In this document: piece by piece, positions 44,106-53,889 of the stretch
How the letters are laid out: every line of letters begins with the position of its first letter
Position numbering within the stretch: the first letter of the stretch is position 1
Notes under the pieces: generated by a model
Told to the model about the DNA's origin: nothing
Database searches by the model: none
Seen by the model: the letters and a program-made list of their open reading frames with translations, nothing else
Translations under genes and position numbers: made by a program
From: Terriglobia bacterium
GTDB taxonomy: Bacteria; Acidobacteriota; Terriglobia; 20CM-2-55-15
Length of the DNA: 64,000 nt
Direction: 5' to 3'
NCBI GenBank assembly: GCA_963664115.2
Contig: CAXWPJ010000006.1
Location: 224,088-288,087, forward strand

Positions 44106-44276
44106 ATGACGTCCATGATGCTCACTGGGTTCGGGTTCCTTGTTTTCGGTTTCTTGATCGCTATGTACCAGCTGTGGCGTGTCTATCGCCGAGGCCGGAT
44201 TCGGGATAGAGAAGTCGCCTCGAAGCTTATGGAGTCCGCCTGGACCCGCACGCAGAAGACCGACGAGGATTCATGA
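44106..44276 (+). CDS. Possible small single-TM protein (56 aa, below the ORF-track cutoff)
   Basis: MTSMMLTGFGFLVFGFLIAMYQLWRVYRRGRIRDREVASKLMESAWTRTQKTDEDS: one hydrophobic helix followed by a basic tail. No clear RBS. It overlaps the 3' end of the convergent gene by 6 nt. Confidence 0.25.
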   Translation: MTSMMLTGFGFLVFGFLIAMYQLWRVYRRGRIRDREVASKLMESAWTRTQKTDEDS

Positions 44277-44738
44277 TCCTTCTACCGGAGTCCGTGCGAC
44301 GCGTCGGGTGACAAAGAGCACCACTGAAGCGGGTAGCCAGAGGATGGCAGCAAAAATTGTGGGGCCACCGATGAGATGGAAAGCTGCATGCGTCATTTCA
44401 CCCCCGATCGGACCCACCTCGCCTCCTGTGAATATATTGGCCGATCCCGTCGCCACAGCGATCGCGATCCCCAGGGTTATGATGGCTGCGGCCAAGGCGA
44501 TTTGGATGGAGAGAAGAACGAGAACCTGCGTGTAAGCGCCAAAACCCTTCTTGTGGACCATAACCGGAAATAAGACGACCGCGACGAAGCTAATTGCCGT
44601 CATGCTGAAGAACTCCGCGATAGCGGATGCTCCCACAAGTGACAGCAATAAACGGGCCAGTCCGACCGCGGCTGTTACGGTCAGCAGTATCTTTTGAAAC
44701 TGGACATACTCGCCAAAACTCTTGCTGAACAAAGTCAT
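44271..44738 (-). CDS. Hypothetical integral membrane protein
   Basis: 155 aa with four or five hydrophobic segments. No family recognised. Confidence 0.6.
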   Translation of the reverse strand: MTLFSKSFGEYVQFQKILLTVTAAVGLARLLLSLVGASAIAEFFSMTAISFVAVVLFPVMVHKKGFGAYTQVLVLLSIQIALAAAIITLGIAIAVATGSANIFTGGEVGPIGGEMTHAAFHLIGGPTIFAAILWLPASVVLFVTRRVARTPVEGS

Positions 44739-44845
44739 GGTGTGCTCCTCTCGGTATCCACTATCTTAGCGTGCCCCTGTTTGACCCCTGCAGGAAAAAA
44801 CTTATAAGCTGTGTCGTCCTTTCCTTTTTCCAGGAGCAAATAACT

Positions 44846-46777
44846 TTGATTTCGCGAAAACAACTCTTTGGCAATCCTCGAAAAGCACATGCGCGGATCA
44901 GCCCCGATGGACGCCACCTGGCGTATCTCGCTCCGGTAAACGGTGTTCTCAATATCTGGGTCGGGCCAACGGATGCGCCTGAGTCAGCGGGTCCGGTGAC
45001 CGAGGACACACATCGCGGGATTCGCTCGTTCTTTTGGGCACACACCAACCAGCATGTCTTGTACTCACAAGACACGGACGGTGATGAAGATTGGCACATC
45101 TACCGGGTCGACGTGGATTCGGAAGAGATCGTGGATCTGACGCCTGTCGGTCAGATCGCCGCGCGAATTCAGGGTGTCAGCCCTCGCTTTCCTGAGGAAA
45201 TTCTCGTAGGCATCAACGAAAGGGACGCTCGCCTCCACGATATCTACCGAATTCACATCGGTACCGGAAAAAGAACGCTCGTTCAGGAGAATCCCGGTTT
45301 CGCAGGATTCATGTGCGACGACGCCTACCGTGTTCGTTTCGCCCTGACCTTCACTCCTGACGCCGGCCACCTATACCTGAAGCCGGATTCGAAGGAGGGA
45401 TGGAAGGAGTTTGCGAAGATCGACCCCGTGGACGCAATGACCACGCATCCGATGGGGTTTGATAAGTCGGGAGATCGCTACTACCTGCTCGACAGTCGAG
45501 GGCGGGACAAGAGCGCTCTCAAGGCAGTGGATTTGGAGTCGGGGCAGGAAGAACTTTTGGCGGAAAGCGAGTTGGCGGATATCGATGGCGCTATCGTGCA
45601 TCCTATGGAAAGAAACGTGCAGGCTGTCACCTTTACCCATGCGAGACAGGAGTGGAGGGTTCTGGACCCGGCCATCGAGGCCGACATCGAATATCTGACA
45701 GGCGTGGCTGATGGGGAGCTCAAAATCACCAGTCGCACTCTCGACGATAGTCAGTGGACGGTGGCGTACACGATGGACACCGGTCCAGTTCATTTTTATC
45801 TGTACGACCGAGGGCAGCGCGAAGCACGATTCCTCTTCACGAGTCAGCCCGAACTGGAGAATCTGGGTCTGGTAAAGATGCACCCGGAGGTCATCCCGGC
45901 GCGGGACGGGCTTGGCCTGGTCAGCTATCTGTCTCTCCCGGCCTCCAGCGATTCGGGAGGCAGCGCCCGTCCCGATCAGCCCGTCCCTATGGTTTTGCTG
46001 GTTCACGGAGGGCCCTGGGCACGCGACGACTGGGGCTACAATCCCCAGCACCAGTGGCTGGCCGATCGCGGTTACGCCGTACTGTCGGTGAACTACAGGG
46101 GCTCGACCGGTTTCGGTAAGAAGTTTATTAACAGCGCGAATCGGGAATGGGCGGGGACGATGCACGACGACTTGATCGATGCCGTCAACTGGGCCGTCGA
46201 CGAGAAGATCGCCCTGAAGGGAAAAGTCGCGATTATGGGCGGCAGCTACGGTGGATATGCGACCCTGGTCGGGCTGACGTTCACACCCGAAGTGTTTGCC
46301 TGCGGGGTAGACATCGTGGGGCCATCCAACCTGATCACCCTGATGGAAAATCCACCGCCGTATTGGGTTCCACTGATGTCCATTATGAAAGTGAGAACAG
46401 GGGACTATTCGACCGCGGAGGGCCGCGAGTTCTTGAAATCGCGTTCGCCTCTTTTCCATGTCGATAGGATTTGCCGGCCATTGCTGATCGCCCAGGGAAA
46501 GCAGGACCCGCGGGTCAAGCAGGCGGAATCCGACCAGATCGTGGCAGCCATGGAAGCGAAGGGAATTCCCGTCAGTTACATGCTCTTTACTGAGGAAGGC
46601 CACGGATTTGCGAAGCCCGAAAACCGCCAGGCGTTCTATGCCGTCGCGGAGGCCTTTCTGGCCGAACATTTAGGGGGTGCCTACGAACCGATCGGGGACG
46701 CGTTCGATGGGGCGGCGTTCACCGTCCCCGCGGGCTCAACCGAGGTGCCGGGTTTGTCGGATGCTTTGGCCGACTGA
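44846..46777 (+). CDS. S9-family serine peptidase (prolyl oligopeptidase/dipeptidyl aminopeptidase type)
   Basis: N-terminal beta-propeller-like region and a C-terminal alpha/beta hydrolase with GGSYGGY (nucleophile Ser), D and H motifs. A TTG at 44846 follows AGGAG and is preferred to the listed start at 44771. Confidence 0.85.
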   Translation: MISRKQLFGNPRKAHARISPDGRHLAYLAPVNGVLNIWVGPTDAPESAGPVTEDTHRGIRSFFWAHTNQHVLYSQDTDGDEDWHIYRVDVDSEEIVDLTPVGQIAARIQGVSPRFPEEILVGINERDARLHDIYRIHIGTGKRTLVQENPGFAGFMCDDAYRVRFALTFTPDAGHLYLKPDSKEGWKEFAKIDPVDAMTTHPMGFDKSGDRYYLLDSRGRDKSALKAVDLESGQEELLAESELADIDGAIVHPMERNVQAVTFTHARQEWRVLDPAIEADIEYLTGVADGELKITSRTLDDSQWTVAYTMDTGPVHFYLYDRGQREARFLFTSQPELENLGLVKMHPEVIPARDGLGLVSYLSLPASSDSGGSARPDQPVPMVLLVHGGPWARDDWGYNPQHQWLADRGYAVLSVNYRGSTGFGKKFINSANREWAGTMHDDLIDAVNWAVDEKIALKGKVAIMGGSYGGYATLVGLTFTPEVFACGVDIVGPSNLITLMENPPPYWVPLMSIMKVRTGDYSTAEGREFLKSRSPLFHVDRICRPLLIAQGKQDPRVKQAESDQIVAAMEAKGIPVSYMLFTEEGHGFAKPENRQAFYAVAEAFLAEHLGGAYEPIGDAFDGAAFTVPAGSTEVPGLSDALAD

Positions 46778-46954
46778 GAGAGGCGGGCAAGGTGTCCGCT
46801 CCGAACCCGGTCAATGCCCCTTAATTAATTGATTACAAATGGATAAGTCCCCATTCGGGACCTCGATCCACCCCCAGCCCTCTCTGATCCTCGGCCATTT
46901 TCGCTTTGAAAACCACTGAAGTTCCAGCCTCTTGCCGACGATCAACAGACTGAG

Positions 46955-48535
46955 ATGTGGATCGTTCTGTGTGCTATGGCTTTGATCCTTGGGGGCGTCA
47001 TCGTCTATGACGTGATTCAGCGGAAACATGCCATTCTTCGGAACTATCCCGTCATCGGGCACTTTCGATATCTGTCCGAGGCCATTGGCCCGGAACTGAG
47101 ACAGTACATCGTCACGAGCAATAACGAAGAGCGCCCCTTCAGCCGGGACCAACGCAGCTGGATTTATGCTTCATCGAAAAGCGAGAACAACTATTCCGGA
47201 TTTGGCACCGACGATGAACTCGAACTCTCCCCCAACTACACCGTAATCAAGCATTCGGCATTTCCGCTTCCAAGCATTTATCCAGGAGATCCCGGTTACG
47301 ATGAGCGTCACCGCATCCCCTCGGCGAAGGTGCTCGGCCGGCATCGCCGACGTCGCAAGGCATTTCGGCCCGCATCCATTGTCAACGTATCCGGTATGAG
47401 CTATGGCTCCTTGAGTGGGGCGGCCATAGAAGCGTTAAATCGGGGTTCCGCAATAGCCGAGTGTTTGCACAACACCGGGGAGGGTGGCGTGTCTCCTTTT
47501 CACCAGTCCGGAGGTGAACTGATATGGCAGATCGGAACCGGCTACTTCGGATGTCGAGACAAGCAGGGCCGATTTTCGATGGAACGGTTTCGAGATACGG
47601 TAGCGGCACATCCGATTCGTGCCATCGAAATCAAACTCAGTCAAGGTGCGAAGCCGGGACTGGGCGGTGTCCTTCCAGGAAGAAAAGTGACCGAAGACAT
47701 TGCCAACGCGAGGGGAGTCCCCGCCGGTCAGACATGTGCCAGTCCGAACGCACACAGTGTGTTTACGGACGTGGATAGCATGTTGGATTTTGTAGAGACC
47801 CTCGCCGATGTCAGTGGCCTGCCCGTGGGTATCAAGTCGGCGGTCGGCGACTTGGGTTTTTGGAAGACCCTGGCCGGGGAGATGGCCGCCGGTGGACGTG
47901 GGGTTGATTTCGTCACGGTGGATGGTGGTGAAGGCGGAACCGGCGCCGCACCCATGGTGTTTGCCGACCATGTTGCCCTGCCGTTCAAAAACGGCTTCAG
48001 CCGGGTCTACCGGGAGTTCGCAGAGCAGGGTATTCACGAAAATGTTGTCTTTATCGGTTCGGGAAAACTGGGATTCCCCGAATCAGCGGTTTTTGCCTTT
48101 GCCCTGGGTTGCGACATGATTGCCGTGGCGCGGGAGGCGATGATGGCCATCGGATGTATTCAGGCACAGCGATGCCACACCGGACACTGTCCCGCCGGTA
48201 TTGCGACGCAGAACAAGTGGCTGGTGCGCGGACTCGACCCGAACTTGAAGGCGGACCGGTTTGCAAACTACATTTGTACCCTGCGCAAGGAGATTGCCGC
48301 GCTGGCCGGTGCCTGCGGGGTCGTGCATCCGGCATTTCTAAGCGACGAGCACGTTGAAATCCTGGATGGCCGCTTCGGAACGTCCTCGCTGTTTGAACTG
48401 TTCGGATACCGCGAGGGTTGGGGTCTTCCATCCCGGGTCGAGAGTGAGGAAATCTGCCGGTTGATCGGGCGCACCCATCCCGACACGATTTCCAACCTGG
48501 GGGAGCAATCCACCCCACTGAGATTGGCGAGCTAG
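46955..48535 (+). CDS. FMN-binding glutamate synthase family protein (GltB domain-2-like) with an N-terminal TM helix
   Basis: 526 aa. NVSGMSYGSLS, IKLSQGAKPGLGGVLPG.KV, VDGGEGGTGAAP and CHTGHCPAGIATQ. Confidence 0.9.
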   Translation: MWIVLCAMALILGGVIVYDVIQRKHAILRNYPVIGHFRYLSEAIGPELRQYIVTSNNEERPFSRDQRSWIYASSKSENNYSGFGTDDELELSPNYTVIKHSAFPLPSIYPGDPGYDERHRIPSAKVLGRHRRRRKAFRPASIVNVSGMSYGSLSGAAIEALNRGSAIAECLHNTGEGGVSPFHQSGGELIWQIGTGYFGCRDKQGRFSMERFRDTVAAHPIRAIEIKLSQGAKPGLGGVLPGRKVTEDIANARGVPAGQTCASPNAHSVFTDVDSMLDFVETLADVSGLPVGIKSAVGDLGFWKTLAGEMAAGGRGVDFVTVDGGEGGTGAAPMVFADHVALPFKNGFSRVYREFAEQGIHENVVFIGSGKLGFPESAVFAFALGCDMIAVAREAMMAIGCIQAQRCHTGHCPAGIATQNKWLVRGLDPNLKADRFANYICTLRKEIAALAGACGVVHPAFLSDEHVEILDGRFGTSSLFELFGYREGWGLPSRVESEEICRLIGRTHPDTISNLGEQSTPLRLAS

Positions 48536-48599
48536 CCCACATTTTTACTGTCGAAGCCGATTGACGCCCTGATGTCGGGCAGCATACCATCACAGTAGT

Positions 48600-50177
48600 T
48601 TGTGGATTCTCACCACTATTGTGATCGTTATCGTGGCGGTGACCGGCTACGATCTAATCCAGCGCAAGCACGCCGTGCTCCGCAATTTCCCCATCATTGG
48701 TCACTTCCGATACCTCTTTGAAGCGGTCGGCCCAGAACTCCGGCAATACATCGTCACAAGTAATAACGAGGAACGTCCTTTCAGCCGGGACCAGCGCTCC
48801 TGGATTTATGCGTCCTCTAAAGGTCAGAACAACTATCGGGGTTTCGGTACCGACGAAGAACTCGAGTTGTCGCCGAATTACATGATCATCAAGCACTCGG
48901 CGTTCCCCCTGATCGCGCCGAATCCCGAGGATCCCGCTTACGACCCGAGCCACCCCGCACCGTGTGCCAAAGTCTTGGGAGCCGCCCGGGGAAGGGAAAG
49001 AGCTTTTCGTCCGGCCTCAATCGTCAACGTATCCGGGATGAGTTTCGGCTCTCTGAGCGCTCGGGCTGTTGAAGCATTAAACATGGGGAGTCGTGAGGCC
49101 GGATGTCTTCAGAACACAGGGGAAGGTGGAGTGGCTCCGTGTCACAAGAAGGGTGGAGAACTGATATGGCAGATCGGAACCGGCTATTTCGGGTGCCGTG
49201 ATGAGCGCGGAGGTTTTTCCATGGAGCAGTTCCTGGAAACCGTCCATTCTGCTCCGATTCGCGCCATCGAAATCAAACTGAGCCAGGGCGCCAAGCCGGG
49301 CCTTGGCGGAGTGTTACCGGGAGCGAAAGTCTCTCCCGAAATCGCGGCTATACGTGGCATACCGGTCGGTCAAACGTGCGCGAGTCCCTCGCGCCACTCC
49401 GCGTTCGGCGATGTGGACAGCATGCTGGACTTCGTCGAGCTTTTGGCTGACAAGTCGGGATTGCCCGTAGGTATCAAATCGGCAGTGGGTGAAACCAATT
49501 TTTGGCGAACATTGACTCGCCAGATGGCGACGACGAACAGGGGGATAGACTTTTTGACGATTGATGGAGGCGAAGGTGGAACCGGTGCCGGACCTCTGGT
49601 GTTTACCGACCACGTCGCACTTCCTTTCAAGCAGGGTTTCAGCCGTGTGTATCGCGAATTTGCGGAAGCTGGAATTCAGGATCGTGTGGTTTTTATCGGG
49701 TCCGGTCGGCTGGGATTCCCCGAATCCGCCATCCTGGCGTTTTCACTGGGCTGCGACATGATCGCCGTCGGGCGAGAGGCGATGATGTCCATCGGTTGTA
49801 TACAGGCCCAGCGATGCCACACCGGTCATTGCCCCACGGGAGTTGCCACGCAGAACAAGTGGCTCATTCGCGGATTGGATCCTCAGCTGAAGTCCGCTCG
49901 TCTGGCCAACTATATCTACACCTTGCGTAAGGAACTGCTGTCGGTATCGCGGGCCTGCGGCCTATTTCATCCCGCATTGTTGACCGATGCCCACATCGAG
50001 ATTCTGGACGGGCGTTTTGGGGCGGCATCTCTTTTCGATGTGTTCCATTACAGAGATGACTGGGGTCTGCCTTCGAAGCGGGACACCAGAGAGATTTGCC
50101 GGATCATGGAAAGTTGTTCTGGCGTAGAGACCTCACCGGACATTCTGCCTGAGATGGCCGCTATGAATCCTCATTAG
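48600..50177 (+). CDS. FMN-binding glutamate synthase family protein, tandem paralogue
   Basis: 525 aa, collinear with 46955-48535 along the whole length, with the same motifs and N-terminal TM helix. Confidence 0.9.
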   Translation: MWILTTIVIVIVAVTGYDLIQRKHAVLRNFPIIGHFRYLFEAVGPELRQYIVTSNNEERPFSRDQRSWIYASSKGQNNYRGFGTDEELELSPNYMIIKHSAFPLIAPNPEDPAYDPSHPAPCAKVLGAARGRERAFRPASIVNVSGMSFGSLSARAVEALNMGSREAGCLQNTGEGGVAPCHKKGGELIWQIGTGYFGCRDERGGFSMEQFLETVHSAPIRAIEIKLSQGAKPGLGGVLPGAKVSPEIAAIRGIPVGQTCASPSRHSAFGDVDSMLDFVELLADKSGLPVGIKSAVGETNFWRTLTRQMATTNRGIDFLTIDGGEGGTGAGPLVFTDHVALPFKQGFSRVYREFAEAGIQDRVVFIGSGRLGFPESAILAFSLGCDMIAVGREAMMSIGCIQAQRCHTGHCPTGVATQNKWLIRGLDPQLKSARLANYIYTLRKELLSVSRACGLFHPALLTDAHIEILDGRFGAASLFDVFHYRDDWGLPSKRDTREICRIMESCSGVETSPDILPEMAAMNPH

Positions 50178-50254
50178 TATCCCGAGTTAAAAGTTCGCAA
50201 CAAAAGATTTTGCTCCGTCGTTGATGCGGAAGAGCTCTCCCGGCGTTACGAATT

Positions 50255-50506
50255 TCAATTCTCCGGCTTGACATCAATCGCCACGAGTCGTCCAAGAGAA
50301 GGCGGATAATGGCCCAAGTTAAGTCCGGTTCCGAAACCGATCTCAAGCGTATCGCCGCGGACGTTTTCCAGGGTTTGTTGCCGCACTTCATCGAAGTTTT
50401 CGCCCGACATGACGAAGTTCAGGATCCGGGGAAATACATAGCTCGAATACATGCCCATGTCTTTGGTCACAACCTGCGGACTCACGTTAACAGATCTCGA
50501 TGGCAA
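50255..50506 (-). pseudogene. Truncated class I SAM-dependent methyltransferase (N-terminal ~80 aa only)
   Basis: ..YVFPRILNFVMSGENFDEVRQQTLENVRGDTLEIGFGTGLNLGHYP..LVAIDVKPEN-stop. SAM motif I is present, but the ORF stops shortly after it and no continuation of the fold is seen in any frame. Confidence 0.5.
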
Positions 50507-50661
50507 TGAGCAGAAAGCCCAGAATTCGCAGAAATTGTGAGGCGGATTGGGATCAGCCCGGTGTTATAATACTCTGTTTGTTAGAGTTGGTGTTCTTCGG
50601 CAGCTGCAGTAAATGTGCCCGGGGAACTGCTGGATAGAAACACAATGGAAGGCATTCCCAA

Positions 50662-51528
50662 ATGAGTCGAACAGTACTCCTCGCAGAAGATGAGCGGATC
50701 GCCTGGGTCGGCTCCATCCCTTTTTTCCTGATTCATCTCAGCCCGATCCTGTTGATCTGGACTGGCATCCGGTGGGTCGACGTGGCCCTTTGCGTCGCGT
50801 TATATATTGGCCGAATGTTTTTTATTTCCGCCGGCTATCATCGATATTTCGCCCATCGTGGCTACAAAATGGGTCGGGTCATGCAGTTTGTGTTCGCCTT
50901 CGGTGGGGCCACAGCGTCCCAGAAAGGTGTGCTCTGGTGGGCCGGATACCATCGTCACCATCACTGGTATTCGGATCAGCCTGAAGACATCCATTCTCCC
51001 AAGAAGGGCTTCTTCTGGAGCCACATGGGCTGGATTCTTTGTCCGAAATATAATCGAACGCCGTCCGAAGTGATCGAGGATTTTGCGAAGTATCCGGAGA
51101 TCCGGTGGGTCGACAAACACTATCTCGTGCCGCCCATCCTGCTTGCGGCCGTTTGTTACCTCGTGGGTGGTTCGAGCGCACTCGTGGGTGGTTTCCTGCT
51201 TTCGACAGTCATTCTCTTTCACGGTACGTTCATTGTGAACTCGCTGACGCATCTGTACGGACGGCGGCGGTATGAAACCTCGGATACGAGTCGGAATTCA
51301 TTGCTGATCGCGCTCGTCACCGGCGGAGAGGGATGGCACAACAACCACCACTACTACGAAACGACGGCGAACAACGGCTTTTTCTGGTGGGAAATCGATA
51401 CCAGCTACTATGTCCTGAAAATCCTCAGCTGGATGGGCCTGGTGTGGGATCTGCGCCTGCCGCCCAAGTTTGTTCTCGAAGGCCGCCACGCGAGCTTCGC
51501 CGACTACGAAACGGAACCGCCAAGTTAG
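50662..51528 (+). CDS. Acyl-CoA (delta-9-type) fatty acid desaturase
   Basis: Three His boxes: HRYFAH, HRHHHWYSD and HNNHHYY. Membrane-spanning segments are present. Confidence 0.9.
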   Translation: MSRTVLLAEDERIAWVGSIPFFLIHLSPILLIWTGIRWVDVALCVALYIGRMFFISAGYHRYFAHRGYKMGRVMQFVFAFGGATASQKGVLWWAGYHRHHHWYSDQPEDIHSPKKGFFWSHMGWILCPKYNRTPSEVIEDFAKYPEIRWVDKHYLVPPILLAAVCYLVGGSSALVGGFLLSTVILFHGTFIVNSLTHLYGRRRYETSDTSRNSLLIALVTGGEGWHNNHHYYETTANNGFFWWEIDTSYYVLKILSWMGLVWDLRLPPKFVLEGRHASFADYETEPPS

Positions 51529-51531
51529 GAT

Positions 51532-51596
51532 GGGGACGGACACCTCGAACAAAATACACTCGCCGCGCCAAGATGCCACAGGGAGTGTCCGTCCCC
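51532..51596. repeat. Palindromic element copy E4 (slightly degenerate arms)
   Basis: GGGGACGGACACCTC (51532-51546) and GAGTGTCCGTCCCC (51583-51596). The reverse complement of the loop shares GGCGAGTGTATT with copy E6. Confidence 0.85.
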
Positions 51597-51609
51597 CAAT
51601 GTTCAAATC

Positions 51610-51885
51610 ATGTCCAAGCCGTTGAAAATTGCCATTCCTCTCATCCTGGGAGCCGGCTTTCTTGCGTATCTCGTCTATTCGTCTCTGGGGCTCGCATCAG
51701 TCACCTGTGAAGTTTGTATCCAGTTCAACGGACGGGTCGACTGCCGCATCGCTTCAGGGACAAGCGCTGACGAAGCGACCGACACGGGTCGCAACAACGC
51801 GTGTGCTCTGTTGACGAATGGGCGGGACGAACTGATTGCCTGCACGCAGACGCAACCACAGAGCACCATGTGCGCCCTCGAGTAA
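51610..51885 (+). CDS. Hypothetical small membrane-anchored Cys-rich protein
   Basis: 91 aa. An N-terminal hydrophobic segment is followed by a domain with six Cys (CEVC..C..C..C..C). No family recognised. Confidence 0.5.
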   Translation: MSKPLKIAIPLILGAGFLAYLVYSSLGLASVTCEVCIQFNGRVDCRIASGTSADEATDTGRNNACALLTNGRDELIACTQTQPQSTMCALE

Positions 51886-52013
51886 TCTCCCCGACTGCCG
51901 GACACCGCGTGTTTCTTCATATTCGAACCCTTTCTGCCGTTCGAGCGTCGAAGTATCTTAGCCGCCTGTGTCACAGGCGGCTATGGGTGGTTCGTAACAA
52001 AGGAGGTTCTTCC

Positions 52014-52730
52014 ATGAGCTTGCTCAGGTTGGTTCTGGTTTATTCCCTGATGGCGTCCCCGCCACTGTGGGCACAGTCAGAGGCAGACACCGATTCCGTC
52101 CTCACGGTTCAGGGAAGCGCGGAGGTTCGCGTCGTTCCCGATCTTGCGGTTGTGCGGTTGGGAGTCGTCGAACAGGCGTCGACAGCCGAGGATGCGCAGG
52201 ACGGCGTCAACGGCGTGGTGAACCGGATCATAAACGCGCTCAGAGCTGCCGGCATTGAGGAAAGTGACGTACAAACATCCCGCCTCACCTTGTCTCCGGT
52301 GTATTCACGGCAGCGTCCGGACGGAAACCAACCGCCAGCTATCATTGCTTACCGTGCGGCCAACACCATCACAGTCCGCGTTGAGGCGCTTGATAGGATT
52401 GGAGAGGTCATCGATGTGGCCCTGGGTGCCGGTGCCAACCAACTTGAGGGTGTGTCGTTCGAATTACAGGACGACAGTGCCTCCCGGCAGGCGGCTTTAA
52501 GGGACGCCGTAGGTGAAGCGCGAGACAAGGCCGAGGCCATCGCGGATGCGCTGGGCGTAGCACTTGTTTCAATTCTGTCCGTCAACGAAGGCGGCGTTAT
52601 GATCGGCAGGCCAGTCATGGAGATGAGCCGTGCCCTGTCTCTTCAGCAGGGTGCGCCCACTCCCGTTTCACCTGGAGAGGTGTCGGTGGGTGCATCCGTG
52701 ACGATTCAGTATCGCATCGAAGCGGACTGA
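52014..52730 (+). CDS. SIMPL (DUF541) domain-containing periplasmic protein
   Basis: ATG at 52014 preceded by AGGAGG. Signal peptide, then LTVQGSAEVRVVPDLAVVRLGV.. and ..PGEVSVGASVTIQYRI, which are typical of SIMPL proteins. Confidence 0.85.
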   Translation: MSLLRLVLVYSLMASPPLWAQSEADTDSVLTVQGSAEVRVVPDLAVVRLGVVEQASTAEDAQDGVNGVVNRIINALRAAGIEESDVQTSRLTLSPVYSRQRPDGNQPPAIIAYRAANTITVRVEALDRIGEVIDVALGAGANQLEGVSFELQDDSASRQAALRDAVGEARDKAEAIADALGVALVSILSVNEGGVMIGRPVMEMSRALSLQQGAPTPVSPGEVSVGASVTIQYRIEAD

Positions 52731-52760
52731 ACTACAGTTGGACCGCTGGCTTGGGACCCT

Positions 52761-53555
52761 ATGAAAGTCGTTCTGATCACAGGTGCATCCTCCGGTATTG
52801 GACGTGCCACTGCCCTCGAGCTCGCTTCCCCAGAAGTCACTCTGATCCTCGTTGCCCGGCGCATTGAGCTCCTGGAAACATTGGAGGCCGAAGTCCGGCA
52901 AACTGGCGGGGCTGCGATGAGCATTCCGGCCGATCTCAGTGTTTCCGAGAATGTGGACCGCATGATGGCCAGCGCTCTGGAGCGTCACGGGAGAATAGAC
53001 GTCCTGATCAACAACGCCGGAGTCGGTTACTACGGGACGGTAGAGCACATGTCCCGGGAAGTTATGGGCGAGATACTCGCTCTGAACTTTACTGCGCCTG
53101 TGATCGCCATACAGCGTGTGTTACCCATCATGAAGGCCAAGGGGCGGGGACACATCATCAACGTGTCGTCGGTGGTCGGGAAGAGGGGATTGCCCCTGTC
53201 GGGAATCTATTGCGCCTCGAAGTTCGCACTGGGAGGCATCAGCGAGTCCCTGAGGGTCGAACTCAGGGACGCGGGCATCCACGTAAGCCTGATCTATCCG
53301 GTCGCAACCGAGACTGAATTTTTCGGTGCTGTGCGCAGAGGCGACGTGAAAGGGGAGTTTTCTCCGGCCGGGTACGTACAACCGGCCCGGGACGTGGCCC
53401 GGGCCATCGCGCGTTGCATCCGCAGGCCGCGTGCAGAAGTCTATCCCTACAGGAGAACTCGGTTGCTAGTCTGGTTCAACGCCCTGTTTCCTACTGTCGT
53501 GGACAGAATGATGACGCCTTATGTTCGGGAGCGACTTGAGGCAAAGTCGAAATAG
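52761..53555 (+). CDS. SDR-family oxidoreductase
   Basis: VVLITGASSGIGRA (TGxxxGxG), NNAG and the catalytic YCASKFAL. Confidence 0.9.
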   Translation: MKVVLITGASSGIGRATALELASPEVTLILVARRIELLETLEAEVRQTGGAAMSIPADLSVSENVDRMMASALERHGRIDVLINNAGVGYYGTVEHMSREVMGEILALNFTAPVIAIQRVLPIMKAKGRGHIINVSSVVGKRGLPLSGIYCASKFALGGISESLRVELRDAGIHVSLIYPVATETEFFGAVRRGDVKGEFSPAGYVQPARDVARAIARCIRRPRAEVYPYRRTRLLVWFNALFPTVVDRMMTPYVRERLEAKSK

Positions 53556-53586
53556 AACTGAAATAGAGCCGAAATAGAACGGTTAC

Positions 53587-53889
53587 TCAGGTTCCCCGGA
53601 GGCTCAAGGTGCGGAACCGCTCTTTACACTCCTTGCAACGATAAGCCTTCCAGAAAAGAAAGGTTTTTTCGAGTCCGTGTCGCCGCGAGCGGCGGGCTTC
53701 TCCGCCGCATTTGGGACATTTGCGCTCTCGTGGAGGTCTGACCGACTTGAGCCACAAAGCGCCATTCTGTATCCGGTCACACTTCAGGCAGGAAAATGGT
53801 CGCCGGAGAAGCACCAGGGCCAAGTAATCGGTGAATGTCCGGAGTGCGGTTGCCTGCCAGTGTGTGTTGTTGCAGCGCGAACAGTGCAT
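53587..53889 (-). CDS. Hypothetical small basic protein with four CxxC pairs (double zinc-ribbon-like)
   Basis: 100 aa with CSRC, CLKC, CPKC and CKEC, and a high Arg/Lys content. No family recognised. Confidence 0.55.
   Translation of the reverse strand: MHCSRCNNTHWQATALRTFTDYLALVLLRRPFSCLKCDRIQNGALWLKSVRPPRERKCPKCGGEARRSRRHGLEKTFLFWKAYRCKECKERFRTLSLRGT

Noticed and set aside
46789-46802. AAGGTGTCCGCTCC downstream of the S9 peptidase gene as a seventh (solo) arm of the palindromic element.
   Set aside because: It is only a one-sided, imperfect match (it needs an indel) with no partner arm within 60 nt. It could be chance or a very degraded copy.
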